A stretch of DNA of 64,000 bases, from NCBI GenBank assembly GCA_045539335.1, contig JAZQFD010000007.1, forward strand, positions 18,986-82,985, read 5' to 3'. Made by a program: the position numbers and the translations under genes. Positions 9,070 to 18,728 of this stretch are shown here, in pieces. Numbering within the stretch: position 1 is the stretch's first letter; the number at the start of each line of letters is the position of its first letter. This DNA comes from Eubacteriales bacterium (GTDB taxonomy: Bacteria > Bacillota > Clostridia > Oscillospirales > QAKW01). The notes beneath the pieces were generated by a model. It was not told where the DNA came from. It saw only the letters and a list, made by a program, of their open reading frames with translations, and did not search any database.

Positions 9070-10269
9070 ATGGAATCCTTAGACCAACTTTATAAAATCG
9101 GCAGAGGTCCCTCCAGTTCCCATACCATGGGGCCGGAGCGTGCCTGCATGATTGTTTCCAAAAAGTATCCCGAAGCCGATGGCTTTCGGGTGGTTTTATA
9201 CGGTTCTCTTGCCAAAACCGGCAAAGGCCACGGCACCGATGAGGTGATCCGCCGCACCTTTTTGCCCCTCCCTTGCGAGGTGGTCTTTGATCTGGAAAAG
9301 ACGGATCTGCCTCATCCCAATACCATGGAACTTTTTGCCTATCGGGGGGAGACCCTTTTAGGGCAGGAGCGGGTGCTCAGCGTAGGAGGCGGCAGAATCG
9401 CCTTTGAGCAGGATCCTGCTCAAAAAGCGCCCTATGTTTATCCTCACCAGAGTTTTGAGGATATTGCCGCCTATTGTAAGGTCAATCGCCTGCGGCTGTG
9501 GCAGTATGTGGAGCAGGTAGAGGGCAAGGAGATCTGGAACCATCTGCAAACCGTTTGGACGGCCATGAAGGCGGCGGTGGAGCGAGGTTTGGAGGATGAA
9601 GGCACCCTTCCCGGCGGCTTGGAGGTGCAGAAAAAAGCCAAGTATCTTTATAATATGCAGCATATTGATGAGTCTGCCGAGACCCGAGAGAACCGAGTGG
9701 TCTGCTCCTATGCCTTTGCGGTCAGCGAGCAGAACGCTTCGGGGGAAACGATTGTGACCGCTCCCACCTGCGGTGCCTCGGGCGTGGTGCCGGCGGTGCT
9801 GTATTATCAACAGCAAAAGCATGGCTTTTCCGATTTTGAGATCTGCAAAGCCTTGGCCGCCGGCGGCATCATCGGCAATCTGATCAAGACCAATGCCTCC
9901 ATTTCCGGTGCGGAGGCAGGTTGTCAGGCCGAGATCGGCACTGCCTGCGCTATGGCATCTGCCGCTTTGGGTGAGCTTTTTAATTTGCATCTGGATAAGA
10001 TCGAATATGCCGCCGAGATCGCTATTGAGCACCATTTGGGGCTGACCTGCGATCCCATCGGCGGCTTGGTGCAGATTCCCTGCATCGAGCGCAATGCAGT
10101 GGCGGCTATGCGTGCCATCAATGCGGTGAATTTGGCCAGTTTTTTGAGCAGTACCCGCAAGATTTCGCTGGACAAGGTCATCATCGCCATGCGCCGTACC
10201 GGTCGGGATATTCATTCCGCCTATCGGGAGACCAGCGAGGGCGGTTTGGCGGCCTTGGGGCTTGAATAA
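9070..10269 (+). CDS. sdaA: L-serine dehydratase, iron-sulfur dependent, single-chain form
   Basis: 399 aa with [16 protein letters not shown] at the N-terminus and [14 protein letters not shown] in the alpha-type domain. Confidence 0.88.
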   Translation: MESLDQLYKIGRGPSSSHTMGPERACMIVSKKYPEADGFRVVLYGSLAKTGKGHGTDEVIRRTFLPLPCEVVFDLEKTDLPHPNTMELFAYRGETLLGQERVLSVGGGRIAFEQDPAQKAPYVYPHQSFEDIAAYCKVNRLRLWQYVEQVEGKEIWNHLQTVWTAMKAAVERGLEDEGTLPGGLEVQKKAKYLYNMQHIDESAETRENRVVCSYAFAVSEQNASGETIVTAPTCGASGVVPAVLYYQQQKHGFSDFEICKALAAGGIIGNLIKTNASISGAEAGCQAEIGTACAMASAALGELFNLHLDKIEYAAEIAIEHHLGLTCDPIGGLVQIPCIERNAVAAMRAINAVNLASFLSSTRKISLDKVIIAMRRTGRDIHSAYRETSEGGLAALGLE

Positions 10270-10274
10270 AGTGG

Positions 10275-10303
10275 TTGATTTTTAAAATTGATAGTGTTAT
10301 AAT
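10275..10303 (+). promoter_or_regulatory. Sigma-70-type promoter for thrS
   Basis: TTGATT, 17 nt, then TATAAT with a TGT extended -10. Confidence 0.55.
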
Positions 10304-10350
10304 ATCAAAATAGCGTATTTGCTAAATAAATGATGTGTGGTGAAAAAGAA

Positions 10351-12285
10351 ATGCAAGTTAAAGTAAACGGTCAGATGATCGAATTGGAAGCGGGTAAAAC
10401 GGTTTTTGATGCCGCCTTTGCTCTGGATCCTGCTGTCGCTCGGGAAGCACTCTGCTGCCTGGTGGGCGAGGAAGTGCGGGAATTGACTTATGTTCTCTCG
10501 GAAGGGGATGAGGTCACTACCCTGACTTTTGCCGATGAGCGGGCAAGAAAGGTCTTCTGGCACACCACATCCCATCTGTTGGCGCAGGCAGTGAAGCGGT
10601 TGTTCCCCGCAGCCAAATTGGCCATCGGCCCCGCCATCGATACCGGTTTCTACTATGATTTTGAGGTAGAGACTCCCTTTACGGCTGATGATCTGGTGAA
10701 GATTCAGGCTGAGATGAAGAAAATTGTGAAGGAGCGCCTTCGCTTGGAGCGCTTTGAGCTTTCTGCAGAGGAAGCCAAAGACCTGATGAAGGACGAGCCT
10801 TATAAACTGGAGCTCATTGAGGAGCATGCCGGTAAGGGAGAGAAGATCTCTTTCTACCGTCAAGGGGATTTCACCGACCTGTGCGCCGGTCCCCATCTCT
10901 TTGATGTTTCCAAGATTAAAGCCATCGCTCTTTTAAGCTCCACCGGTGCTTATTGGAGAGGAGATTCCAACCGTACCATGCTCCAAAGAATTTATGGTGT
11001 GTCCTTCTTAAAGGCCGCCGAATTGGAGGAGCATTTGGCTCAGTTGGAGGAAGCCCGTAAGCGGGACCATAATAAATTGGGTCGTGAGCTGGAGTATTTT
11101 ACCACCTCCGATGTGATCGGTCAGGGTCTGCCCATTTTGCTACCCAAAGGTGCCAAGGTGATTCAAACCCTCCAACGCTGGGTGGAAGATGAAGAAGAAA
11201 AGCGGGGCTATCTTTTGACTAAAACTCCCCTGATGGCCAAGAGCGATCTCTATAAGATCTCCGGCCACTGGGATCATTATTTGGACGGTATGTTTGTGCT
11301 GGGGGATCCTGCGGATGAAACCAAGGAATGCTTCGCCATGCGTCCTATGACCTGCCCCTTCCAATATCAAGTGTTCTTAAATCGGATGCGGTCTTATCGG
11401 GATCTTCCCATGAGATTGGGCGAGACCTCCACCCTTTTCCGTAATGAGGAAAGCGGCGAGATGCACGGGCTGATCCGTGTGCGTCAGTTTACCATCTCCG
11501 AGGGCCATTTGATTCTGCGCCCCGATCAGCTGGAAGAAGAATTCAAGGGTTGTTTGGAACTGGCAAAATATTGCTTGGAAACCGTTGGAATGCTGGAGGA
11601 TTGTACCTTCCGTTTCTCTCAATGGGATCCCAATAATACCGAAAAATACATCGGCACTCCCGAACAATGGGATGAAGCCCAAGGAATTATGGGCAAGATT
11701 CTGGACGATCTGGGTGTGGACTATACCATCGGGATCGACGAAGCGGCCTTCTATGGTCCTAAACTGGATATTCAATATCGCAATGTATTCGGAAAAGAGG
11801 ATACCATCGTAACCATTCAGGTGGATCAGTTGCTGGCAGAGCAGTTCGATATGTCTTATATTGATCAGAACGGTCAGAAGGTTCGTCCTTATATTATCCA
11901 CCGTACCTCTTTGGGATGCTATGAGCGTACGCTGGCTTATTTGATTGAGAAGTATGCCGGTGCTCTGCCTACTTGGATGGCTCCCACGCAGGTGAAGGTA
12001 CTGCCCATTAGCGAAAAGACCTTGGATAAAGCAGAGGGTGTCTATGAGCAACTGCGCAGAGCAGGTCTGCGGGTGGAACTGGATGAGCGCAATGAGAAGA
12101 TCGGTTATAAGATCCGGGAAGCTCAGCTTCAAAAGATCCCCTATATGGTCATTATCGGCGAAAAGGAAGCCGAGGCCGGCACCCTTTCGGTGCGTAGCCG
12201 CCATGATGGTGATCTGGGCACCATGCCGGTTGAGGAGTTTATCGCTCTAATTCGGGATGTTATCGATACCAAAGCCAAAAAGTAA
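10351..12285 (+). CDS. thrS: Threonine--tRNA ligase
   Basis: The ORF is 10330..12285. I prefer the ATG at 10351 (MQVKVNG, start of the TGS domain). It contains the HTTSHLLAQA editing-domain motif and a class II catalytic core. Confidence 0.93.
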   Translation: MQVKVNGQMIELEAGKTVFDAAFALDPAVAREALCCLVGEEVRELTYVLSEGDEVTTLTFADERARKVFWHTTSHLLAQAVKRLFPAAKLAIGPAIDTGFYYDFEVETPFTADDLVKIQAEMKKIVKERLRLERFELSAEEAKDLMKDEPYKLELIEEHAGKGEKISFYRQGDFTDLCAGPHLFDVSKIKAIALLSSTGAYWRGDSNRTMLQRIYGVSFLKAAELEEHLAQLEEARKRDHNKLGRELEYFTTSDVIGQGLPILLPKGAKVIQTLQRWVEDEEEKRGYLLTKTPLMAKSDLYKISGHWDHYLDGMFVLGDPADETKECFAMRPMTCPFQYQVFLNRMRSYRDLPMRLGETSTLFRNEESGEMHGLIRVRQFTISEGHLILRPDQLEEEFKGCLELAKYCLETVGMLEDCTFRFSQWDPNNTEKYIGTPEQWDEAQGIMGKILDDLGVDYTIGIDEAAFYGPKLDIQYRNVFGKEDTIVTIQVDQLLAEQFDMSYIDQNGQKVRPYIIHRTSLGCYERTLAYLIEKYAGALPTWMAPTQVKVLPISEKTLDKAEGVYEQLRRAGLRVELDERNEKIGYKIREAQLQKIPYMVIIGEKEAEAGTLSVRSRHDGDLGTMPVEEFIALIRDVIDTKAKK

Positions 12286-12292
12286 TAGTGAG

Positions 12293-12332
12293 CGGCACCG
12301 TTTCGCCAAGGCTTGACGGTGCCGTTTTCTTT
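12293..12332 (+). terminator. Rho-independent terminator after thrS
   Basis: CGGCACCGT...ACGGTGCCG followed by TTTTCTTT. The 3' arm overlaps the next promoter's -35 element. Confidence 0.7.
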
Positions 12333-12342
12333 ATGCTATAAT
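12313..12342 (+). promoter_or_regulatory. Sigma-70-type promoter for the 630-aa membrane protein gene
   Basis: TTGACG, 18 nt, then TATAAT. Confidence 0.5.
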
Positions 12343-12370
12343 CGGTTTATTAAAGAGTTGGAGGGCGATT

Positions 12371-14263
12371 ATGTATTCTTATTTGTTTTCCGCCTTGGGC
12401 GTTTGTGTGTTGGCTTTTGCCATCCTAAAAGCTGTGCAAAAGCGGCATAATACCGGCAAGTGCATCTCCTCTATTGTGCTCGGCATCTTCTTTACCTCCT
12501 TTTTGATGGTGTTGCCGACCCAATGGGGCAAGCCGGCAGAGGAGGTGTTTTTTAAGCCCTCCCATGATATTTTGTCTGCTCTGCTTTACAGTTTTAAGGT
12601 GTTGGGCGGGCGGCAGGATATCGGCCAACTGGAGACCATCGCCTTGCCCACGGTGCTCAAGGGCATTTATATCGGGCTCAATTATGGCACCTTTGCTCTG
12701 GCGCCCATTCTCACCTCCGGCTTGATTTTATCCTTTTTCGGGAATTTCGGTGAGAAAATTCAGTATGCTGTGCGGTTTTTCCGCCATTGCCATATCTTCT
12801 CGGAGTTGAATGAAAATGCCATCGCCCTGGCGAAGGGCATTGCCGCCAATGAAAAGGGCGCCTGCCTGGTCTTTTGCAATACCAAAGGTGCGAATGAAGC
12901 CTTGGCAGAAGAAGCCAAAAAGATCGGCGGGGTGCTGCTGTATTCCTCCTGCGATAAACTGCGGGTAGTCTTTCGGTATAAAAAACATCAATACTATCTC
13001 ATTGGCCAGGAAGACCGCAATATCAACGACGCTGTTACTTTGATTCAAAAGTATCAAGCGGACCGTACCCATCGCATCACCATCAATGCCTTTGCTCAAA
13101 ACGGCGCTAATATTAAGGTGGTAGAGGCCTTGGATCAAGGGCGGATCGAACTGCGGTTTATGGATGAGATTGCCCTCTTTTGCAATCACCTGCTCCATGA
13201 GCATCCTCTTTATGAGCATGCCATGTTGCAAGAGGATGGCTCCCGCCTGATCTCCGTGTTGCTGATCGGCGGCGGGCGCACCGGTCTGCAGATGCTCAAA
13301 ACGGTGGTATGGGCAGGGCAGATCGAAGGCTATCGCTTGAAGATTCAAGTCTACGATCAAAAAGCCCCCATCATCGAAGAAGAACTGTATGCCATGTGCC
13401 CCGAGCTGAAAAACTATAACATTGAGTTTATTAAAGCAGATGTGCAGCATGCTTCTTTTGAATCCATTATCCAAGAGAAAAGTGCCGATGCCACCTATGG
13501 CGTCATCGCCATGGGGGATGATGAGCTGAATCTGATTGCTGCCGATCGGATTCAAGGAGTGTTGCGTCGGGTAAAGAAATTTGAGAAAACACCGCCGTTG
13601 TTTGTGCGGGTGCGGGCAGGAATGAAAGCCAAAAACCTTTCCGATACCTCCTATCTGGAGCAGCGAAATATCACCCTTTTCGGCACCATCGATACCATCT
13701 ATTCCGAAAAGACCTTATTAAATACCGAATTGGAAAAGCGAGCCTTGGCGGTGCATCTTTGCTATAATAAAGCGTTGGATCTTTCGCCGGAGGACCCTGC
13801 CTATCAAAAGGCGGTCAACCGCTATCTTACCTCGGAATATAATCGCCGCTCCTCCATGGCCGCCGCCCTTCATCAGGATGCCAAGCTTCATAGCGCCGCT
13901 TTGTTGAAGGAGCAAGGGCTGGAATCCAAGGAGATTTTGGATCGGCTGTATCGCAATGAGCACCTTCGCTGGATGGCCTTTATGCGCAGCGAGGGCTATC
14001 GCACCACCGATTCCAAGACCATGACCCTCTATGCCCCCAAAACCGGCAGAGATCGGGATGATCTTTCCAAGCTTCATCCCTGCATTATTGATTGGGATCA
14101 GTTAGATGCGCTTTCTGCCCACTTCAATCAGTTGGGGCTTTCTTCGGAGCCGGTGGACTTTAAGGAGTACGATGAATTGATCGTCAATCGCATTCCCAAA
14201 ATCTGCGAAGTGGCGGCCGCCTTGCCGTCAGGAGGAACCTATGTATACACCGAAACCCATTGA
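12371..14263 (+). CDS. Membrane protein with Rossmann-like modules and a C-terminal RyR-like domain (function unknown)
   Basis: 630 aa with about 4 N-terminal TM helices and a glycine-rich LLIGGGRTGLQMLK loop. The C-terminal NEHLRWMAFMRSEGYR...KLHPCIIDWDQLD..K.YD parallels the RyR-domain pattern of the next gene. Confidence 0.7.
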   Translation: MYSYLFSALGVCVLAFAILKAVQKRHNTGKCISSIVLGIFFTSFLMVLPTQWGKPAEEVFFKPSHDILSALLYSFKVLGGRQDIGQLETIALPTVLKGIYIGLNYGTFALAPILTSGLILSFFGNFGEKIQYAVRFFRHCHIFSELNENAIALAKGIAANEKGACLVFCNTKGANEALAEEAKKIGGVLLYSSCDKLRVVFRYKKHQYYLIGQEDRNINDAVTLIQKYQADRTHRITINAFAQNGANIKVVEALDQGRIELRFMDEIALFCNHLLHEHPLYEHAMLQEDGSRLISVLLIGGGRTGLQMLKTVVWAGQIEGYRLKIQVYDQKAPIIEEELYAMCPELKNYNIEFIKADVQHASFESIIQEKSADATYGVIAMGDDELNLIAADRIQGVLRRVKKFEKTPPLFVRVRAGMKAKNLSDTSYLEQRNITLFGTIDTIYSEKTLLNTELEKRALAVHLCYNKALDLSPEDPAYQKAVNRYLTSEYNRRSSMAAALHQDAKLHSAALLKEQGLESKEILDRLYRNEHLRWMAFMRSEGYRTTDSKTMTLYAPKTGRDRDDLSKLHPCIIDWDQLDALSAHFNQLGLSSEPVDFKEYDELIVNRIPKICEVAAALPSGGTYVYTETH

Positions 14264-14519
14264 CACCTCCAAAATCCTCTTATCGGAGGATTTGGAGCAG
14301 CTCACCGAGAAGATTGCCGAAAATGTCCATGAAGTGTGGGCAAAGGGGCGGATCCAAGAGGGATGGACCTATGGAACGGTGCGGAATGATGCCAAGAAGG
14401 AAACCCCTTGCTTGGTTCCCTATGCCTGCCTGCCCGAAAATGAAAAAGACTATGATCGCCACACCGCCATGGAAACCCTGAAGGTGATTTTATCGCTGGG
14501 TTATAAAATTGAAAAATAG
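14241..14519 (+). CDS. Free-standing RyR (ryanodine-receptor-type) domain protein
   Basis: 92 aa with IAENVHEVWAKGRIQEGWTYG...PCLVPYACLPENEKDYDR..A.ETLK. The RBS is AGGAGG. It overlaps the preceding gene by 23 nt. Confidence 0.75.
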   Translation: MYTPKPIDTSKILLSEDLEQLTEKIAENVHEVWAKGRIQEGWTYGTVRNDAKKETPCLVPYACLPENEKDYDRHTAMETLKVILSLGYKIEK

Positions 14520-14552
14520 GGATAGACTGATAAAAGAAAGGAAGAGGATACT

Positions 14553-15155
14553 ATGGATCAGCAAGCCTTTTTTAAATTAACATACGGATTGTTTGTTCTC
14601 TCGGCTAAAGAAGGGGAGAAGGACAACGGTTGCATCATCAATACTGTTATGCAGATCACCGATACCCCCAAGCGGTTGGCGATTGCGGTGAATAAAAGCA
14701 ATTACACCCATGATATGATTTTGTCCACCGGCATATTTAATCTTTCTTCGCTTACGGAGCAGGTGCCTTTTTCCGTCTTTAAGCAGTTTGGTTTCCAAAG
14801 TGGGCGAGAGGCGGAAAAGTTCAGTGGCTCAGAACCCCGCACTACTAATGGCATTGCTTATTTGAAGGAGTATACCAACGCCGTTTTTTGCTGTAAGGTT
14901 TATGAGACGGTGGATTGCGGCACCCATACCCTCTTTTTGGCAGAGGCGGAGGATGCCTTGGTTTTGTCGGATGAGCCTTCGGTGACCTATGCTTATTACT
15001 TTGAGCATATTAAGCCCAAGCCTCAGAAGGCGGGGGAGAAAAAGAAATACGTTTGCGAGATTTGTGGCTTTGTTTATGAAGGGGAGGAACTTCCAAAAGA
15101 TTATATCTGTCCCTTATGTAAACACGGTGCAGAGTATTTCTCGGAAATAAAATAA
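14553..15155 (+). CDS. Flavin reductase domain fused to rubredoxin (Hrb-like)
   Basis: 200 aa with an N-terminal flavin-reductase-like fold (LTYGLFVLSAKEGEKDNGCIINTV). The C-terminal YVCEICGFVY...YICPLCKHG supplies two CxxC pairs. Confidence 0.85.
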   Translation: MDQQAFFKLTYGLFVLSAKEGEKDNGCIINTVMQITDTPKRLAIAVNKSNYTHDMILSTGIFNLSSLTEQVPFSVFKQFGFQSGREAEKFSGSEPRTTNGIAYLKEYTNAVFCCKVYETVDCGTHTLFLAEAEDALVLSDEPSVTYAYYFEHIKPKPQKAGEKKKYVCEICGFVYEGEELPKDYICPLCKHGAEYFSEIK

Positions 15156-15182
15156 GGCTGGTATTGACCAGCCTTATTTTAT
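15154..15182. terminator. Bidirectional terminator between convergent genes
   Basis: AAGGCTGGtattgaCCAGCCTT flanked by A/T tracts. Confidence 0.7.
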
Positions 15183-15544
15183 TTATCTCTGGGTTTTGTA
15201 AAGAGTGCAAAAAGAACGCCGAAGCCAATGGCGGCGGCAATGCCGCCGGCGGTGGTCTGCAACCCTCCGGTAAAGGCGCCTAAAAGCCCTCGGGCATTCA
15301 CCGCCTGCTCCACTCCCTTGGCCAGTGAATAGCCAAAGCCGGTTAAAGGAACGGTGGCACCTGCCTGTCCGAAATCCACGATTTTCTCATAAATTCCCAA
15401 AGCGGTCAGGGCAACGCCGCCGGCGACGTAAAGGACCACAATCCGTGCCGGCGTCCAGTTGGTTTTGTCTATGAGGATCTGCGCCAGTGCGCAAAGAACG
15501 CCACCGGTTAAAAAGACCTGCAGATAGATCATCCAAGAACTCAT
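15179..15544 (-). CDS. spoVAE: Stage V sporulation protein AE (SpoVAEB-type)
   Basis: I use the internal start MSSWMIYLQVFLTGGVLC (121 aa). Its ATG overlaps the spoVAD stop (ATGA). The PLTGFGYSLAKGV motif is present. Confidence 0.88.
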   Translation of the reverse strand: MSSWMIYLQVFLTGGVLCALAQILIDKTNWTPARIVVLYVAGGVALTALGIYEKIVDFGQAGATVPLTGFGYSLAKGVEQAVNARGLLGAFTGGLQTTAGGIAAAIGFGVLFALFTKPRDK

Positions 15545-16557
15545 TGGGCTTCTCCTTTCAAATGGATCAGATGGGCAATGGCAGGAATGGATTCTCCCTG
15601 CATCACCGAAAGAGGGCTCATCAGAGCACCGGTGGAAAGAAAGAGTACATTCTTCCATTCTCTCTTTTGGAGCTTGGGCAGTACATAGGCGGTCAGCACC
15701 GCAGCGCTGCAGCCGCAGCCGCTACCGCCGGCGTGCATATCCTGGGTGTCCCGATGGTAGATCAAAAGCCCGCAATCCTGATAATGGCTTTGAAGATCGA
15801 CCCCCTCTTTTTTGGCAAGTTCGATCACCACCTCTGCACCGATGGAGCCCAGATCCCCCGTGAGGATCATGTCATAATCCTGAGGGGTGGTTTTGGTTTC
15901 CTTTAAATAATCCAAAATCAGCCGCAAGGCCGCCGGTGCCATGGCACCGCCCATGTTGTTCACATCGGTGACCCCCATATCCCAAATGGCCCCAAAGGCG
16001 CCTCCCTCTAAGCGAATGGGAGAGGGCTCAACCGAGAGAATCAAGGCGCCGGAGGCGGTAACGGTGTGTTGGGCAGAGGGTGGGCGTTGACCGCCGTATT
16101 CCAAGGGAAAGCGATATTGCCGCTCGGCAGTGCCGAAATGGGAGGAGGTCAGCGCCCCTGCCAGATGGGTCAGCCCCGCCTCTATGGAAAGGGCGCCGAT
16201 CAGGGTAGAGAGTGCCATGGTGGAGCAAGCGCCGTAGAGTCCGATATAGGGCACTCCGCAATCTCGAAAGCTATAGGCGGAGCTGATGCATTGGTTGAGA
16301 AGATCTCCTGCTCCCACCAGTTCCAAGTCCTCTTTTTTCACGCCCGCCCGCCGTAGCGCATGATCCAGTGCCACCTGTTGAAGATGCACCTCGGCCTGCT
16401 CCATGGTTTTTTTGCCGCAGTAAAGGTCTTGCTCAATGCTGTCAAAGAGCCCGCCTAAAGGGCCTTCATGCTCTTTGGCACCTGCCACATTGCCCCAGCC
16501 GGCAATATAAATCTTTTGATCAAAGGAAAAACTGTATGTTCCGTGTCGTGTTGCCAA
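15541..16557 (-). CDS. spoVAD: Stage V sporulation protein AD (thiolase-like)
   Basis: 338 aa with a TTG start and a GGGGAG RBS. It shows YIAGWGNVAGAKEHEGPLG..FD and GGSGCGCSA. Confidence 0.9.
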   Translation of the reverse strand: MATRHGTYSFSFDQKIYIAGWGNVAGAKEHEGPLGGLFDSIEQDLYCGKKTMEQAEVHLQQVALDHALRRAGVKKEDLELVGAGDLLNQCISSAYSFRDCGVPYIGLYGACSTMALSTLIGALSIEAGLTHLAGALTSSHFGTAERQYRFPLEYGGQRPPSAQHTVTASGALILSVEPSPIRLEGGAFGAIWDMGVTDVNNMGGAMAPAALRLILDYLKETKTTPQDYDMILTGDLGSIGAEVVIELAKKEGVDLQSHYQDCGLLIYHRDTQDMHAGGSGCGCSAAVLTAYVLPKLQKREWKNVLFLSTGALMSPLSVMQGESIPAIAHLIHLKGEAQ

Positions 16558-16624
16558 GATTGTTCACTCCCCGCATTGTTTTTCCTTTGTATTTTTTGCA
16601 AAGATCTGCCATTTATGCAATAAA

Positions 16625-16657
16625 ATAACGGTACTCAAATGAGCACCGTTATTTTTA
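16625..16657. terminator. Hairpin terminator between the GGGtGRT-gene remnants and spoVAD
   Basis: AACGGTaCtcaaatgaGcACCGTT with T-tracts on both sides. Confidence 0.55.
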
Positions 16658-16665
16658 TAAAGAAT

Positions 16666-16870
16666 CTTACTTGAGAACTTCCATAACAGCAACGGCACAA
16701 GCCACGGTCATATGCTGCCCGTGGGCTTGATTCCCTTTAAAAGATAACACCCCTGCAGTTACCTGCAGGGGTGTTGACGGCTGTTCTCTTATTTGAGAGC
16801 TTCCATTACAGCAACGGCACAAGCCACGGTCATACCAACCATGGGGTTGTTACCGGCGCCGATGAGACCC
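16666..16870 (-). repeat. Direct repeat (left copy): 45-bp old remnant, hairpin terminator and 82-bp copy of the GGGtGRT gene 3' end
   Basis: It is colinear with 20788..21005. Positions 16789..16870 encode GLIGAGNNPMVGMTVACAVAVMEALK*, identical to the live C-terminus, with 6 nucleotide differences that are all synonymous. Confidence 0.9.
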
Positions 16871-16894
16871 CTGTTTTGTATGTTTAACAGTTAT

Positions 16895-17704
16895 TTATTT
16901 GATATGTTTACGGTAACGGCAAGGCGAAAAGCCTGTATGTTTTTTAAAAAGTTTTGAAAAATACGAATAATTATCAAAACCAACCATCTCCGCAGTCAAG
17001 GTAACACTGTGATTTTTATTACATAAAAGTTCCTTTGCAGTTTCAATCCGTTTGGCTGTAATATATTTGTTTACGGTGCATCCGTAAGAATCGCGAAAAG
17101 CCTTATATAGCGCATTTTTAGAAACGAACAGTTGCGTGCAAAGTTTTTCCAAAGATAATTCTTCAGATAAATTTTTTTCGATATAATCGGTAGCACGGTT
17201 AATTAAATCTCCAAAATCAACCTCTATAGCATTTTCCAGCAAAACATAAGACAATAAGTGGATTAAAGAAGAAATTTGATCTTCTGACAAATACGTAAGC
17301 TGTTTGTAATGCTTTTTTATATCTGCAACATCATCAACCCAATCCAACAATCCGTCTATATGCGATGCGTCTTTTTTGAACCTTATTCTGCCAATCATAA
17401 CAAAACCGACTATCACATCATTTTTAAGTATCGGAACAGCGGTATCTAACACACCAGCATGGCAAACGCAGGAAACCGCCCGTCTTGTCACGGCGCATTT
17501 TTTATACATTTCAATGTCTGAATGATAGCATTTTGCCCTGCCGATATCGTTTTTTTGAATTTTGTGGCAGTAAGAGGGAATACCCTTTTCACAAACATAA
17601 ATCGTGTTATACTTAATATCAGCCACGCACATACTTATATTTGTAATTGTGCAAATACAGTCAATTATTTCTTTAAGTTGTTCCAAATGATAAGTTGTTT
17701 TCAC
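16895..17704 (-). CDS. AraC-family transcription regulator with N-terminal PocR-like sensor domain
   Basis: 269 aa with a GTG start. The N-terminus is Cys/His-rich (YCHKIQ..AKCYHSD..CVCHAG). The C-terminus has the AraC HTH (SLEKLCTQLFVSKNALYKAFR...GFDNYSYFSKLFKKHTGFSP). Confidence 0.85.
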   Translation of the reverse strand: MKTTYHLEQLKEIIDCICTITNISMCVADIKYNTIYVCEKGIPSYCHKIQKNDIGRAKCYHSDIEMYKKCAVTRRAVSCVCHAGVLDTAVPILKNDVIVGFVMIGRIRFKKDASHIDGLLDWVDDVADIKKHYKQLTYLSEDQISSLIHLLSYVLLENAIEVDFGDLINRATDYIEKNLSEELSLEKLCTQLFVSKNALYKAFRDSYGCTVNKYITAKRIETAKELLCNKNHSVTLTAEMVGFDNYSYFSKLFKKHTGFSPCRYRKHIK

Positions 17705-17844
17705 AAGTTCACCCTCTTGCCTTTATTTTATAATATCAAAATCAAATTGTCAATTTTTTCATTTTAGGGAAGATAGTGCAAAAACAGAGGCAAATACTGA
17801 TTTAATATTCAGGTCAAAAGTTTTATAATGAAAAGGGTGATAAA

Positions 17845-18699
17845 ATGAATACTTTTCTGCTGATTGCTGTAATAACGGCTAACCTTTTTCAATCGATTTT
17901 CCAAAAGCATTATAACAAAAGAACAAAAAAACGAGGCACTTACATATTTAATTCAATATTCACATTAAGTGCCTGTATTCTTTTTGTTTTTACAAACAAT
18001 AAGGGTTTTCATTTTGAAAGGGCATTAATTCCATATATACTGGGATTTGCCGTGGCATTTGGCTCGGCAATTTTATTCACTTTTCTTTCTATCAGACAAG
18101 GGTCTCTTTCACTTACAACTTTGGCAACCTCTTACTCACTTATTATCCCCACATTATACGGACTGCTTTTTTTAAACGAAAATTCCAACATATTTTTATA
18201 CATAGGTTTTGCCTTATTGGTATGCAGTTTGTTTTTGCTCAACAGTAAAAACGACGGCGGTAAAATCAACCTTAAATGGATAATTTTCGTTTTGATTGCC
18301 TTCGTTGGAAATGGTATGTGCGCAACTATACAAACCGCACAGCAACTGCGTTTTGGCGGACAGTATAAGGGGGAATTTATGATTTCGGCTCTAATTATAG
18401 TGTCTGTTTTCTTCTTTATGCTAAGTATAATAAAAGAAAAGGCAGATTTGATACCATGCTTAAAATCCAACCTTGTGTTTATGGTACTTACAGGAATTGC
18501 CAACGGATTGGTTAACCTGTTTGTTATGTTTCTTGTGTCACGAAAAATGCCAACTTCAATTATGTTTCCCATAATATCGGGCGGTGGAATCGTTCTTACA
18601 ACAACGGTTTCTGTAATTATTTATAAAGAAAAATTAAGTATTAAGCAATACTTTGGTTTGCTGCTTGGTATCGCTTCGGTAATATTTATGAATTTATAA
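17845..18699 (+). CDS. DMT-superfamily (EamA-like) transporter
   Basis: 284 aa with about 10 hydrophobic helices in a two-half arrangement. Confidence 0.7.
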   Translation: MNTFLLIAVITANLFQSIFQKHYNKRTKKRGTYIFNSIFTLSACILFVFTNNKGFHFERALIPYILGFAVAFGSAILFTFLSIRQGSLSLTTLATSYSLIIPTLYGLLFLNENSNIFLYIGFALLVCSLFLLNSKNDGGKINLKWIIFVLIAFVGNGMCATIQTAQQLRFGGQYKGEFMISALIIVSVFFFMLSIIKEKADLIPCLKSNLVFMVLTGIANGLVNLFVMFLVSRKMPTSIMFPIISGGGIVLTTTVSVIIYKEKLSIKQYFGLLLGIASVIFMNL

Positions 18700-18728
18700 T
18701 CGCAAGGATTTAAAAGGAGAGATTTAAT

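Noticed and set aside
10270-10350. An expected T-box leader upstream of thrS.
   Set aside because: Only about 45 nt lie between the predicted -10 element and the start codon. There is no specifier stem, T-box sequence or terminator/antiterminator.
15545-15658. N-terminal extensions offered by the ORF track for spoVAE (159 aa). The same applies to luxS (171 aa), metF (301 aa), the ECF-S gene (213 aa) and several other genes.
   Set aside because: The internal starts have proper RBSs or ATGA stop-start overlaps and give family-typical lengths. The extensions overlap the upstream genes and have an unusual composition.
16590-16618. GCATA-N17-AAAAATA upstream of spoVAD, as a sigma-G-type promoter feature.
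   Set aside because: It matches only about 4 of 7 positions in the -10 element. That is too weak to list as a feature, so it is mentioned only as a hypothesis in the split-operon finding.
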